11,216 nt of DNA from a bacterium (GCA_041497675.1 JBGQGY010000117.1:1-11216); one strand, 5' to 3'; positions 1 through 7,681 are shown, counted from the stretch's first letter. The notes: generated by a model not told the origin, from the letters alone. Program-made: numbers and translations.

Positions 1-1
1 G

Positions 2-1252
2 GAAGGCATCGTCTTCCCACCCATGAAGATCCAACTCGACAGGGACTGGGAAGACAGCCCCTTCGGCAAGTTCTTCCGCGCCAACATCCGTGTGCCGGAA
101 AAGACGATCCCGGACTTCAACGCGCAGATCGCCGCGTGCCGAACAGGTGAGGCGCGCGTGGCCGCGCTGTGCCGCAAGTATGGAAAAGCCACGATCGTGG
201 AGTTCCAGCAGGAAATCCAGCACTACTCCGAACGCATCATCCGTGGCGCCATCGACGCCATCCCCGACGGCGACTACTTCGGCGAAGCCTATATGGAGGA
301 TGACGGCACGGGCGCGACCGGGCCGTTCACGATCCGCGTGACGGTGAAGATCCGCGGGTCGGACATGCTCCTGGATTTTACCGGCACCGACGCGCAGGTG
401 AAAGGGTTCATCAACATCCCGGTCGCCTCGACCTATGCGACCTGCCGGACGACAATTATGTCGATCCTGCAGGCCGGGCACCTGCTGGTCAACGCCGGTG
501 CGTTTCGCCCGATCCAGGTCGTAGCACCGCCCGGCACGCTGGTGAACCCGGCGCGGCCTGCGGCGACGCGGGCCCGCACAAGCACTTGCTACAAGATATT
601 TGACGCCGTCAACTATGCGCTGGCCGCGGTCATGCCCGAAAAGGTGATCGCGCCGGGATTTGACTGCCAGACCGGCGTGTCGATGGCCCTACGCCGTGAG
701 GGACGCCTCAGCGTCATCTCGGAGGTCCTCGGCGCCGGTGTCGGCGCGCTCTACAATCAGGACGGCGCCGACGGGATGATCATGCACCTCACCAACGGCA
801 TGAACACCCCCGTCGAATCGGTCGAGATCGAATTCCCCTTCATCGAAATCCTGCGCTACGGGCTGGTCCAAGACTCCGCCGGCCCCGGTAAGTTCCGCGG
901 CGGGCTGGGGATGGAGCGCAAGTACCGCATCCTGGCGGACGGGGTCAACTTCGGCCTGCACTCGGACCGGCACCACCATTCGGCCACGGGCCTCTTTGGC
1001 GGCACCGGCGGCGCGCCGGGCGCCTGTTTCGTGGAACGCGGCGGGCAGGTGATCCATCTCGGCTCGAAGGTCTCGACCACCCTGCGGGCGGGCGACATTC
1101 TCACGGTGCGGTCGGGCGGCGGCGCCGGCTACCGTCCCGTGGCGGAACGCGATCCGGCGTCCATCGAGCGCGATATTCGGGAGGAACGCATCACCGTCGA
1201 GCACGCCGCACGCGTGTACGGCCGCACGGCGCGCGCGGGTGTGCCCGCCTAG
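2..1252 (+). CDS. Hydantoinase B/oxoprolinase family protein, 5'-truncated by the window edge
   Basis: The frame is open from position 2 (EGIVFPPMK, matching the family EGxxxPP motif), so ATG 23 is probably internal. Family motifs include IPDGDY.GE..MEDDG, LDFTGTDAQVKGFIN, GTLVNP.RPA, NTPVESVEIEFP, DSAGPGKFRGGLG and SGGGAGY...ERDP. Stop is TAG at 1250-1252. Confidence 0.92.
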   Translation, partial: EGIVFPPMKIQLDRDWEDSPFGKFFRANIRVPEKTIPDFNAQIAACRTGEARVAALCRKYGKATIVEFQQEIQHYSERIIRGAIDAIPDGDYFGEAYMEDDGTGATGPFTIRVTVKIRGSDMLLDFTGTDAQVKGFINIPVASTYATCRTTIMSILQAGHLLVNAGAFRPIQVVAPPGTLVNPARPAATRARTSTCYKIFDAVNYALAAVMPEKVIAPGFDCQTGVSMALRREGRLSVISEVLGAGVGALYNQDGADGMIMHLTNGMNTPVESVEIEFPFIEILRYGLVQDSAGPGKFRGGLGMERKYRILADGVNFGLHSDRHHHSATGLFGGTGGAPGACFVERGGQVIHLGSKVSTTLRAGDILTVRSGGGAGYRPVAERDPASIERDIREERITVEHAARVYGRTARAGVPA

Positions 1253-1262
1253 CCCCGCCGGC

Positions 1263-2543
1263 ATGCCGCGTTCGCGGCTGACCCCCACCTTTCTGATCGG
1301 CACCGGTCAGACCGTCGTCGGCGCGGCCGTGGCGCCGCTGGTCCCCCTCTATGCCGTGTCCATGGGCGCCACACCGGCTGTGGTCGGGATGGTGGCGGCC
1401 TCGAGTGCGCTCCTGCCGCTGCTGCTCGGCGTCTGGGCGGGCGCGGCGGTCGACGCCGTCGGGTCCCGCCGATTGTCGATCGCCGGCAGCGCAGTGTTGG
1501 TGGTCGCGGTCGCGGTGCTCGCTATGGCGCGCAGCATCGGCTGGCTGATACTGGGTCAGGCGCTGTCCGGGCTGGCCGGCACCATGCTGATCGTCTCGTG
1601 CCAGACCTCGGTGGCTCAGGCCAGCACCGACGATGATCGCGACCGCAACTTCGGGTTCTTCGCGTTCTGGGTCTCGCTGGGTCAGATGATCGGGCCGCTC
1701 ATCGGCGGCTTCGTGGCGGACGGGTTTTCCATCCCAACGGCATTCGCGGTCTCCGCCGTGATGGCCGCGGCGCCAGGAGTGCTGGCGTTCCGCATGCCTC
1801 CGGTCAAGGAGATCTCCGCCACGTTCGATCCCGTCGGCCAGGCGCTGCGCGACCGTAACGCCTACCAGGCGGCCTGGCAACTCGCGCGCCGGCGGGATCT
1901 CATGTTCCTGATGCTGGTGACCTTCATCATCATCTTTGCGTGGAGCATTCGCACGAGCTTCTACCCACTCTATCTGCAATCGGTCGGGCTATCGAAGACG
2001 TCGATCGGGTTAATCTATTCCTTTCTCGGTGGATCGTCGATGATCGTGCGGCCCCTCGTCGGTACCATCACGGGCCGTCTGGGCCGCCGGCGTATCCTCA
2101 TGATCGCGCTGGCGCTGGCGACGTTTGGCATCGGGGTGACACCGCTCTTGAAGACCCTGTGGCCGCTGGCGCTTGCCGTGGCCACGACAGGTGTCGCATT
2201 CGGCTTCACCCAGCCGCTGACGATGAGCATGATGGCGGGAAATGTCGGCCCGCGCGAGCGGGGACTCGCGCTGAGCCTGCGGATGACCAGCAACCGCCTG
2301 GCCGAGGTGGTGAGCCCGGTGCTGTTCGGCGCGGCGGTCGCGTTGGCCGGTCTGGGGAGCGCGTTCTATCTGGCGGCCGGGGTGCTGGCCGCGGGGATCT
2401 GGGCGATCAGCCGCGGCGCGATCGACGCCGTCGCGGCGGGGACGGCGGGAGCGCAAACCGGTACGGCGGTTCCAATCCCTCGGGCACCCCAAGGCGTTGA
2501 GCCGCAAGTGCAGCCTTCACCCGCTCCACCTGATCGCGGATAA
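1263..2543 (+). CDS. Major facilitator superfamily transporter
   Basis: About 12 hydrophobic segments in two halves, with motif-A-like loops GAAVDAVGSRR and GTITGRLGRRR, plus GQMIGPLIGG and ERGLALSL. ATG 1263 is preferred over GTG 1239, which overlaps the upstream gene. No clear RBS, so the start is uncertain. Confidence 0.9.
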   Translation: MPRSRLTPTFLIGTGQTVVGAAVAPLVPLYAVSMGATPAVVGMVAASSALLPLLLGVWAGAAVDAVGSRRLSIAGSAVLVVAVAVLAMARSIGWLILGQALSGLAGTMLIVSCQTSVAQASTDDDRDRNFGFFAFWVSLGQMIGPLIGGFVADGFSIPTAFAVSAVMAAAPGVLAFRMPPVKEISATFDPVGQALRDRNAYQAAWQLARRRDLMFLMLVTFIIIFAWSIRTSFYPLYLQSVGLSKTSIGLIYSFLGGSSMIVRPLVGTITGRLGRRRILMIALALATFGIGVTPLLKTLWPLALAVATTGVAFGFTQPLTMSMMAGNVGPRERGLALSLRMTSNRLAEVVSPVLFGAAVALAGLGSAFYLAAGVLAAGIWAISRGAIDAVAAGTAGAQTGTAVPIPRAPQGVEPQVQPSPAPPDRG

Positions 2544-2616
2544 ACGCCAGGTCGTCGTCGCTCAGCGCGAGCCCGTGCGCCGCGGACTCGCCGCGCCAGT
2601 CACGCTCGGGCGGCAT
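2407..2616 (-). CDS. Small (69 aa) putative amidase partner protein, AtzG/HpxX/GatC-like
   Basis: ATG at 2616-2614 is preceded by AAGGAGG with a 9-nt spacer and overlaps the amidase 3' end by 17 nt. Product MPPERDWRGESAAHGLALSDDDLAFIRDQVERVKAALAAQRLGVPEGLEPPYRFALP... shows an A-x-x-G-L-x-L segment, an amphipathic helix and an EP-x-x-x-F tail, like small amidase subunits. Confidence 0.7.
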   Translation of the reverse strand: MPPERDWRGESAAHGLALSDDDLAFIRDQVERVKAALAAQRLGVPEGLEPPYRFALPPSPPRRRRSRRG

Positions 2617-4030
2617 GGGCCTCTGCCTCCTTGACGGCGGGTCGCCGTTCGTGCCACGACGTGGCCTGCTCGTAGGCGTGCGCGACGCGGAACAGCATGG
2701 CTTCATCGAACGCCTTCGCCGCAAACTGCAACCCGACCGGCAGCCCCGCACGCGTAAAGCCGCATGGAATGGTGATCGCCGGGTGGCCGGACAGATTGAA
2801 CTGCCGCGTCCCCCACGACGTATCCGGTGGACCGGGCTGTTGCTGTTGCACTTCTATGGTGAAGGCCGCGTGGGGCAGCGTCGGCATGACCAGCGCATCG
2901 ACCTTCTGCAGCACCTGATCCACCTCGGCCACCCACAACCGGCGAATCTGAAGCGCGTGCTGATACTCGGCGGCCGAGTAGAAGGCGCCACAGGAGATCC
3001 GGCGCCGCGATCGTGCACCGTAATCGGCGGCCTGCCGGCGCAGCCGCGCCGCATGCGCGCCAAACGACTCGGTCGCGATGATCACCGTATACGCGGGCTC
3101 GAGCTGCCCGGCGCGTGGCAGGCTGACGGGTTCAAGTCGCGCACCCTGCGATTCGAGCTCGCGCAGCGCCGCGCGCACCGCGCGGTCGACCTCGGGGTCG
3201 AGCCCGTCGTAGTAGTGGTGCTCTGGGACGCCGAGGATCATGCCTTTGAGGCCCTTCTTCAAGTCCGCGGTGAAGTCCGGCACCCGCACGCGCGCCGTTG
3301 ACGGATCGAGCGGGTCGAACCCGGCCATGGCGTTCAGCAGCAGCGCGCAGTCGCGGACGGTGCGCGCCATCGGTCCCGCGTGGTCCAGACTCCAGGACAG
3401 CGCGATGACGCCGTGCCGGCTGACGCGGCCGTACGTCGGCTTGAGGCCGACGATGCCGCAGAAACTGGAAGGGACGCGAATCGATCCGCCGGTATCCGAC
3501 CCGGTCGCGGCGACCGCGAGGCCCGAGGCCAGCGCGCTGGCTGACCCTGCGCTCGAACCTCCGGTGTAGTGCGACAGGTTCCACGGATTGCGGGCGACGC
3601 CGAAGACCTCCATGCCCCCGTTGGCAAACTCGGTCGTGTTGGTCTTGCCGAGCATGATCATGCCGGCACGCGAGAGCCGCGCCACATGTGTCGCGTCATG
3701 CTCGGGGACGAACTCGAGCAAGGTGCGCGAATGGGCCGTCGTTCTCACGCCGCGCGTCCACGAGATGTCTTTGTGTGAAATCGGAAGGCCGTGGAGCGGG
3801 CCGCGGCGCCGGCCGGCCCGAATATCGCGCTCGGCCCGCCGCGCGGTCTCGAGCGCCGATTCGCCGCAGACGGTAATGTAACTGTGCAGCGCGCCGTCGA
3901 CGCGATCGATCCGGTCGAGCAACGCGCTGACGATTTCGACCGGAGACACTTTCCGGCGCGCAACCAGTTCAGACAAATGCGACAGAGAGAAAAAAGGCAA
4001 ATCCGATGCTGCCTGTGTCGTGTGCCGCAT
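2600..4030 (-). CDS. Amidase signature family protein (GatA/AtzE-like amidase)
   Basis: Catalytic Lys in GPLHGLPISHKD, GKTNTTEFA, signature GGSSAGSASALASG, nucleophile region GSDTGGSIRVPSSFCGIVGLKPTYGRVS, and C-terminal GLPVGLQF...DEAMLFRVAHAYEQ. Start placed at ATG 4030 because homology begins at DLPFFSLSHLSELV. The upstream ATG at 4105 is less likely. Confidence 0.95.
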   Translation of the reverse strand: MRHTTQAASDLPFFSLSHLSELVARRKVSPVEIVSALLDRIDRVDGALHSYITVCGESALETARRAERDIRAGRRRGPLHGLPISHKDISWTRGVRTTAHSRTLLEFVPEHDATHVARLSRAGMIMLGKTNTTEFANGGMEVFGVARNPWNLSHYTGGSSAGSASALASGLAVAATGSDTGGSIRVPSSFCGIVGLKPTYGRVSRHGVIALSWSLDHAGPMARTVRDCALLLNAMAGFDPLDPSTARVRVPDFTADLKKGLKGMILGVPEHHYYDGLDPEVDRAVRAALRELESQGARLEPVSLPRAGQLEPAYTVIIATESFGAHAARLRRQAADYGARSRRRISCGAFYSAAEYQHALQIRRLWVAEVDQVLQKVDALVMPTLPHAAFTIEVQQQQPGPPDTSWGTRQFNLSGHPAITIPCGFTRAGLPVGLQFAAKAFDEAMLFRVAHAYEQATSWHERRPAVKEAEAHAARA

Positions 4031-4137
4031 GGTGATACGCAACTTCGCCCCGACGCACGCGAGCCCTGCAGGAGTCCCGTGGCCATCAGGGAAGTTCTGC
4101 ATCATTCAGGTGAGCGGCATCGGGAGGGGGGCCCTGC
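4031..4137. promoter_or_regulatory. 107-bp divergent intergenic region (amidase vs ABC operon) containing the RBS of the binding-protein gene
   Basis: It lies between head-to-head genes, so promoters for both directions are expected here. GGAGG at 4123-4127 precedes ATG 4138. An imperfect inverted pair occupies 4032-4046 and 4091-4105. No consensus -35/-10 elements could be assigned. Confidence 0.55.
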
Positions 4138-5706
4138 ATGCGTAACGGACGGTTCTCTGTAGCCATTTGGCTGGTGCTTGTGGCTCTGCTGGTCCTGTCA
4201 TTTGGTCCGAGCTCGGGGGCAGGCCCGGCGCGCGGCACCAAGATCGTGGTCGGCATCGACACCGATCCACCGTCGTTGGACGCACACTCCAACACCAATC
4301 TGGCCAGCGACCAGATGTTCGCCCATCTCTACGACAGACTGGTCATGTTCGACATGCGGTCGAACATCGTGCCGCAGCTGGCGACCGAATGGAGCGTCTC
4401 GAACAACGGTCTCACGTGGACCTTCAAGCTGCGCCGGGGCCACAAGTTCCACGACGGTACGCCCGTCAACGCCGCGGCAGTGAAGGCGAGCTTCGAGCGT
4501 CTGTTCGACCCGCGGAACCCGTTCTCGCGGCGCACGATATTCGAGATGATCAAACGCATCGACGTCGTCGACGAGAACACCGTGGCCTTTACCACCGACA
4601 AGCCCTTCGGCGCTATGCTCAACAACATGGCCAACCCGTCGGCGTCCATCGTGAGCCCCACTGCGGCGGCCAAGCAGGACGTGAACACCTTCGGGCGGTT
4701 CCCAGTCGGCTCGGGGCCATTCTTCTTTAGGGAGTGGGTGCGCGGGACGCGTATCGTGTTGCAGAAGAACCCCGCCCACTGGCTGGCGTCTCAGACAAAC
4801 ATCACGGAGATCGAGTTTCGGCCCATCCCCGACGACGCCACCCGCGCGATCGGGCTAGAGACCGGCGAGCTCGACTTCGTCACGACGATAGCTCCACAGG
4901 AAGCCAAACGGCTGGCCGGTAATCCCAATCTGGTCGTGTACAACCTGCCCCGCGCGCGCATCCAGGGTCTGTATCCCAACCTGACCAAAAAGCCGTGGAG
5001 CGACCTGCGGGTGCGGCAGGCGATGGCGTACGCGATCGACAACCGGGCCATCGTCGACACGTTCCTGGCGGGCTTCGCCCGGGTGGCCGATTCGCCGTTG
5101 GCGCCCGGTGTCTTCCCGTATAAGCCGCAAGCTACCCGCTACAACTACGATCCGGAACGGGCGAAGAAGCTCCTGGCCGAGGCCGGATACCCCAACGGCT
5201 TCTCCGCGTCGATGTGGGTCCCGGTGGGCTCGTACGCGGCGGCGCAGCAGATCTCCGAAGCCGTTGCCGAGATGTTGAAGAAGGTCGGCATCAACCTGAA
5301 GCTCGAGGTAATGGAAAGCGGTCAGTGGCTCGTGCTGCTGCGGTCAAAGGGCCCCAAGGAATCCACACTGGACATGACCTACTACGGTTGGGGGACCCAG
5401 ACCGGCGAGGCGGACTACGCGCTGCGGCTGGTGTTCCACACCGACAACTTTGCGCCGGCCTGCTGCAACAGGAACTTCTACTCGAACCCCGAGCTCGACT
5501 CGCTCCTCGACAAGGCGCTGGGGACGACGAACGTGGCGGAGCGGCGCGCCGCCTACGAGCGCGCGCAGGAGATCCTCTGGCGTGATCTGCCGTGGATCTG
5601 GATCTTCACAGTCAACCACTCGGCGGTCGGCACCAAAGCCCTGACGGGCGCCGCGCTGCTGCCAGTGGAGTTGATTCACTTCAGGGACGCAAATATCTCG
5701 CGCTAG
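4138..5706 (+). CDS. ABC transporter substrate-binding protein, family 5 (DppA/OppA/GsiB-like)
   Basis: N-terminal signal peptide without a lipobox Cys. Family-5 signature PQLATEWSVSNNGLTWTFKLRRGHKFHDGTPVNAAAVKASFER, plus PVGSGPF, VRQAMAYAID and YDPERAKKLLAEAGYPNGF. The segment YYGWGTQTGEADYAL resembles glutathione-binding GsiB-type proteins. Confidence 0.95.
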   Translation: MRNGRFSVAIWLVLVALLVLSFGPSSGAGPARGTKIVVGIDTDPPSLDAHSNTNLASDQMFAHLYDRLVMFDMRSNIVPQLATEWSVSNNGLTWTFKLRRGHKFHDGTPVNAAAVKASFERLFDPRNPFSRRTIFEMIKRIDVVDENTVAFTTDKPFGAMLNNMANPSASIVSPTAAAKQDVNTFGRFPVGSGPFFFREWVRGTRIVLQKNPAHWLASQTNITEIEFRPIPDDATRAIGLETGELDFVTTIAPQEAKRLAGNPNLVVYNLPRARIQGLYPNLTKKPWSDLRVRQAMAYAIDNRAIVDTFLAGFARVADSPLAPGVFPYKPQATRYNYDPERAKKLLAEAGYPNGFSASMWVPVGSYAAAQQISEAVAEMLKKVGINLKLEVMESGQWLVLLRSKGPKESTLDMTYYGWGTQTGEADYALRLVFHTDNFAPACCNRNFYSNPELDSLLDKALGTTNVAERRAAYERAQEILWRDLPWIWIFTVNHSAVGTKALTGAALLPVELIHFRDANISR

Positions 5707-5722
5707 CGACTAACGGCCATAA

Positions 5723-5770
5723 GCGCCACGCGGCAGCCCCGGGCGTTCCTCGGGGCTGTTGCTTAGGCGC
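5723..5770 (+). other. Intercistronic stem-loop after the binding-protein gene (mRNA stabiliser or partial terminator)
   Basis: 5730-5743 (GCGGCAGCCCCGGG) pairs with 5749-5762 (CTCGGGGCTGTTGC): 14 bp including 3 G-U pairs, with a 5-nt loop. An outer stem GCGCC 5723-5727 / GGCGC 5766-5770 extends it. No U-tract follows. Confidence 0.7.
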
Positions 5771-5796
5771 CGGTCGGACGGCAAGGGAGCCCCGTG

Positions 5797-6717
5797 ATGT
5801 CCGCGTTCGTGATACGGCGGTTTGCCGAAGGAATCCTCACCGTCTTCGGCCTGTCGCTGCTGGTGTTTCTCTCCCTCCACCTGGCGCCCGGTGACCCGGC
5901 GGCGATTATCGCGGGAAACCAGGCCAGAGAGGAGGAGCTGGTCATCATCCGCCAGCGTTATGGCTTGAACGACGCGTTGCCCGTGCAGTACCTGCGCTGG
6001 GTCGGCCGCGTCCTGAGGGGCGACTTTGGGATCTCACACTTCGGCGAGCGGCCGATCGGACCGGATCTCGCGCAGGCGTTCCCGATCAGTCTCAGCCTGG
6101 CCCTGGGCGGGCTGGTCGTCGCGGTCGCCCTAGGGATTCCGGCAGGCGTGCTTGCGGCCGTCCGCCGGGACGGCCTGCTGGACCTAGGCATCATGGGCCT
6201 AGCCGTGGCGGGGATGTCCATGCCGGTGTTCTGGGTGTCGCTGCTCGCCATCTTGCTCTTCTCCCTTCGTCTGGGCTGGCTCCCGTCGTCCGGTTGGGGC
6301 ACGCTCCCCCACTACATCCTGCCGATGCTCTCTGTGAGCCTCGCGAGTCTGGCGCTGTTGGCGCGCATGACCCGATCGTTGATGGTCGAACTGCTTCTCG
6401 AGGATTTTGTCCGCACGGCCCGCGCCAAGGGACTGGCGGCACGCGTCGTCTTCTACAAGCACGCGCTGCGAAATGCGCTCCCTCCACTCGCAACGGTCAT
6501 CGGGTTGCGTCTTGGCCTGCTGGTCGGGGGGGCGGTGATCACCGAGACGGTCTTCGCGATCCCGGGCCTCGGGCGGATGATCGTCTACGCGGTGAACACG
6601 CGCGACTTCCCGGTGGTGCAGGGTGGCGTGCTCCTGATCGCGCTGGCGGTGATCGCTGTCAACTTCGCCGTGGACCTCCTGTACCTGCTCCTCGATCCGC
6701 GCATTCGTTACGCTTGA
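5797..6717 (+). CDS. Peptide/nickel-type ABC transporter permease (DppB/OppB-like)
   Basis: Motifs LHLAPGDPA, YGLNDALPVQYLRWVGRVLRGDFGIS, EAA-type loop DFVRTARAKGL...HALRNAL, ITETVFAIPGLG, RDFPVVQG and LDPRI. RBS AAGGGAG at 5783-5789. GTG 5794 is an alternative start. Confidence 0.95.
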   Translation: MSAFVIRRFAEGILTVFGLSLLVFLSLHLAPGDPAAIIAGNQAREEELVIIRQRYGLNDALPVQYLRWVGRVLRGDFGISHFGERPIGPDLAQAFPISLSLALGGLVVAVALGIPAGVLAAVRRDGLLDLGIMGLAVAGMSMPVFWVSLLAILLFSLRLGWLPSSGWGTLPHYILPMLSVSLASLALLARMTRSLMVELLLEDFVRTARAKGLAARVVFYKHALRNALPPLATVIGLRLGLLVGGAVITETVFAIPGLGRMIVYAVNTRDFPVVQGGVLLIALAVIAVNFAVDLLYLLLDPRIRYA

Positions 6718-6726
6718 GGGGACCCG

Positions 6727-7563
6727 TTGCGCTGGACTGCATTGTTCAAATCAACGCCCGGCCTCGTCGGCATGCTCATCGTCGTGCTCTTCCTCGGTAT
6801 GGCCGCGCTGGCACCCGTGATCGCCCCGTCCGACCCGACGTCTCAAACGCTGAGCAAGGCCTTGTCGCCTCCGGGGCGTGGGGGGTACCTGCTGGGGAGT
6901 GATGAGCTCGGCCGCGATACTCTGACCCGCATCATCTACGGGTCGCGGATCTCGCTGGCGATCGGCGTTGCGGCGGTGGCATTCGGCGTGCTCCTCGGCA
7001 TTCCGCTGGGCATCGCGTCCGGATTCTACGGCGGCCTCTTCGACAGCGCGGCGATGCGGATCTCGGACATCCTGCTCGCGATCCCGCGGCTGCTGCTGGG
7101 TATCACGATCGTGGCGACCTGGGGTATCGGGTTCTGGACCCTCGTCGTTGCCATCGGGTTTCCCGACGTGCCCACCTTCGCGCGCTTGGTGCGCGGATCG
7201 ACCCTAACGGTCTCACAGATGGAATACGTGACCGCGGCTCGTGCCCTCGGGTCGCCGGATTCGCGGATCATGCGGCGCCACATCTTGCCCAACCTCATCG
7301 GGCCGATCACCGTGCAATCCACGTTCTCGATGGCCGCGGCCATCCTGACGGCCGGGGGCCTGAGCTTTCTCGGCCTCGGTGTCCGGCCGCCGACGCCCGA
7401 ATGGGGCTACATGCTCGCACAGGCACGGTCATACATGCGCGTCGCCCCTCACCTGATCACGTTTCCCGGCATTGCCCTGGCGATCGTCGTCCTGGGGATC
7501 AACCTTCTCGGAGATGCGCTTCGGCAGGCATACGATCCCCGATTCCGCGGGAAAGAGGCATGA
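6727..7563 (+). CDS. Peptide/nickel-type ABC transporter permease (DppC/OppC-like)
   Basis: Motifs LLGSDELGRDTLTRIIYGSRISL, EYVTAARALG....IMRRHILPN, LSFLGLGVRPPTPEWG and NLLGDALR.AYDPR. TTG start preceded by GAGGGG. Confidence 0.95.
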   Translation: MRWTALFKSTPGLVGMLIVVLFLGMAALAPVIAPSDPTSQTLSKALSPPGRGGYLLGSDELGRDTLTRIIYGSRISLAIGVAAVAFGVLLGIPLGIASGFYGGLFDSAAMRISDILLAIPRLLLGITIVATWGIGFWTLVVAIGFPDVPTFARLVRGSTLTVSQMEYVTAARALGSPDSRIMRRHILPNLIGPITVQSTFSMAAAILTAGGLSFLGLGVRPPTPEWGYMLAQARSYMRVAPHLITFPGIALAIVVLGINLLGDALRQAYDPRFRGKEA

Positions 7564-7635
7564 GAAGACGGTACCACGACCTCGCAGCAGGAGCGCCGGT
7601 CGGTGTACGAGAAGGCCCAAGAGATCTCCCGATAG
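7560..7635 (+). pseudogene. Probable collapsed remnant of a second family-5 substrate-binding protein gene
   Basis: 7576-7635 translates to TTSQQERRSVYEKAQEISR*. It matches TTNVAERRAAYERAQEI (5524-5574) at 11 of 17 residues and then the terminal ISR* (5695-5706) of the intact binding protein. Confidence 0.55.
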
Positions 7636-7681
7636 CCTCACCCACCGATCCCGTATGAACCCCGTTTTTCGGGGAGGAGGC

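Noticed and set aside
3981..3996. GA repeat and A6 run near the amidase 5' end as a phase-variation tract
   Set aside because: The tract is too short, the frame is intact, and it simply encodes PFFSLS.
2407..4030. Amidase plus small ORF read as a gatCAB (Glu-tRNA amidotransferase) operon
   Set aside because: There is no gatB in the window, the small gene is downstream rather than upstream, and the context is transport and catabolism.
4031..4105. Longer amidase start at 4105
   Set aside because: It would leave only 32 bp for two divergent promoters, and the extra residues do not resemble amidase N-termini.
7561..7635. Readthrough or selenocysteine recoding of the permease TGA, since the binding-protein-like peptide is in frame with it
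   Set aside because: The permease ends at the normal DPR-x(few) position and I see no SECIS-like hairpin right after the TGA. Being in frame has a 1-in-3 chance, so a gene relic is the simpler explanation.
7560..7658. 32-aa ORF MRRRYHDLAAGAPVGVREGPRDLPIASPTDPV as a leader peptide or small protein
   Set aside because: It has no recognisable features and is better explained as the out-of-frame start of the eroded binding-protein gene. It cannot be fully excluded.
7472..7681. 70-aa N-terminal extension of aminotransferase 1 in the ORF track
   Set aside because: It overlaps the permease, shows no family similarity, and a strong RBS sits directly before 7682/7688.
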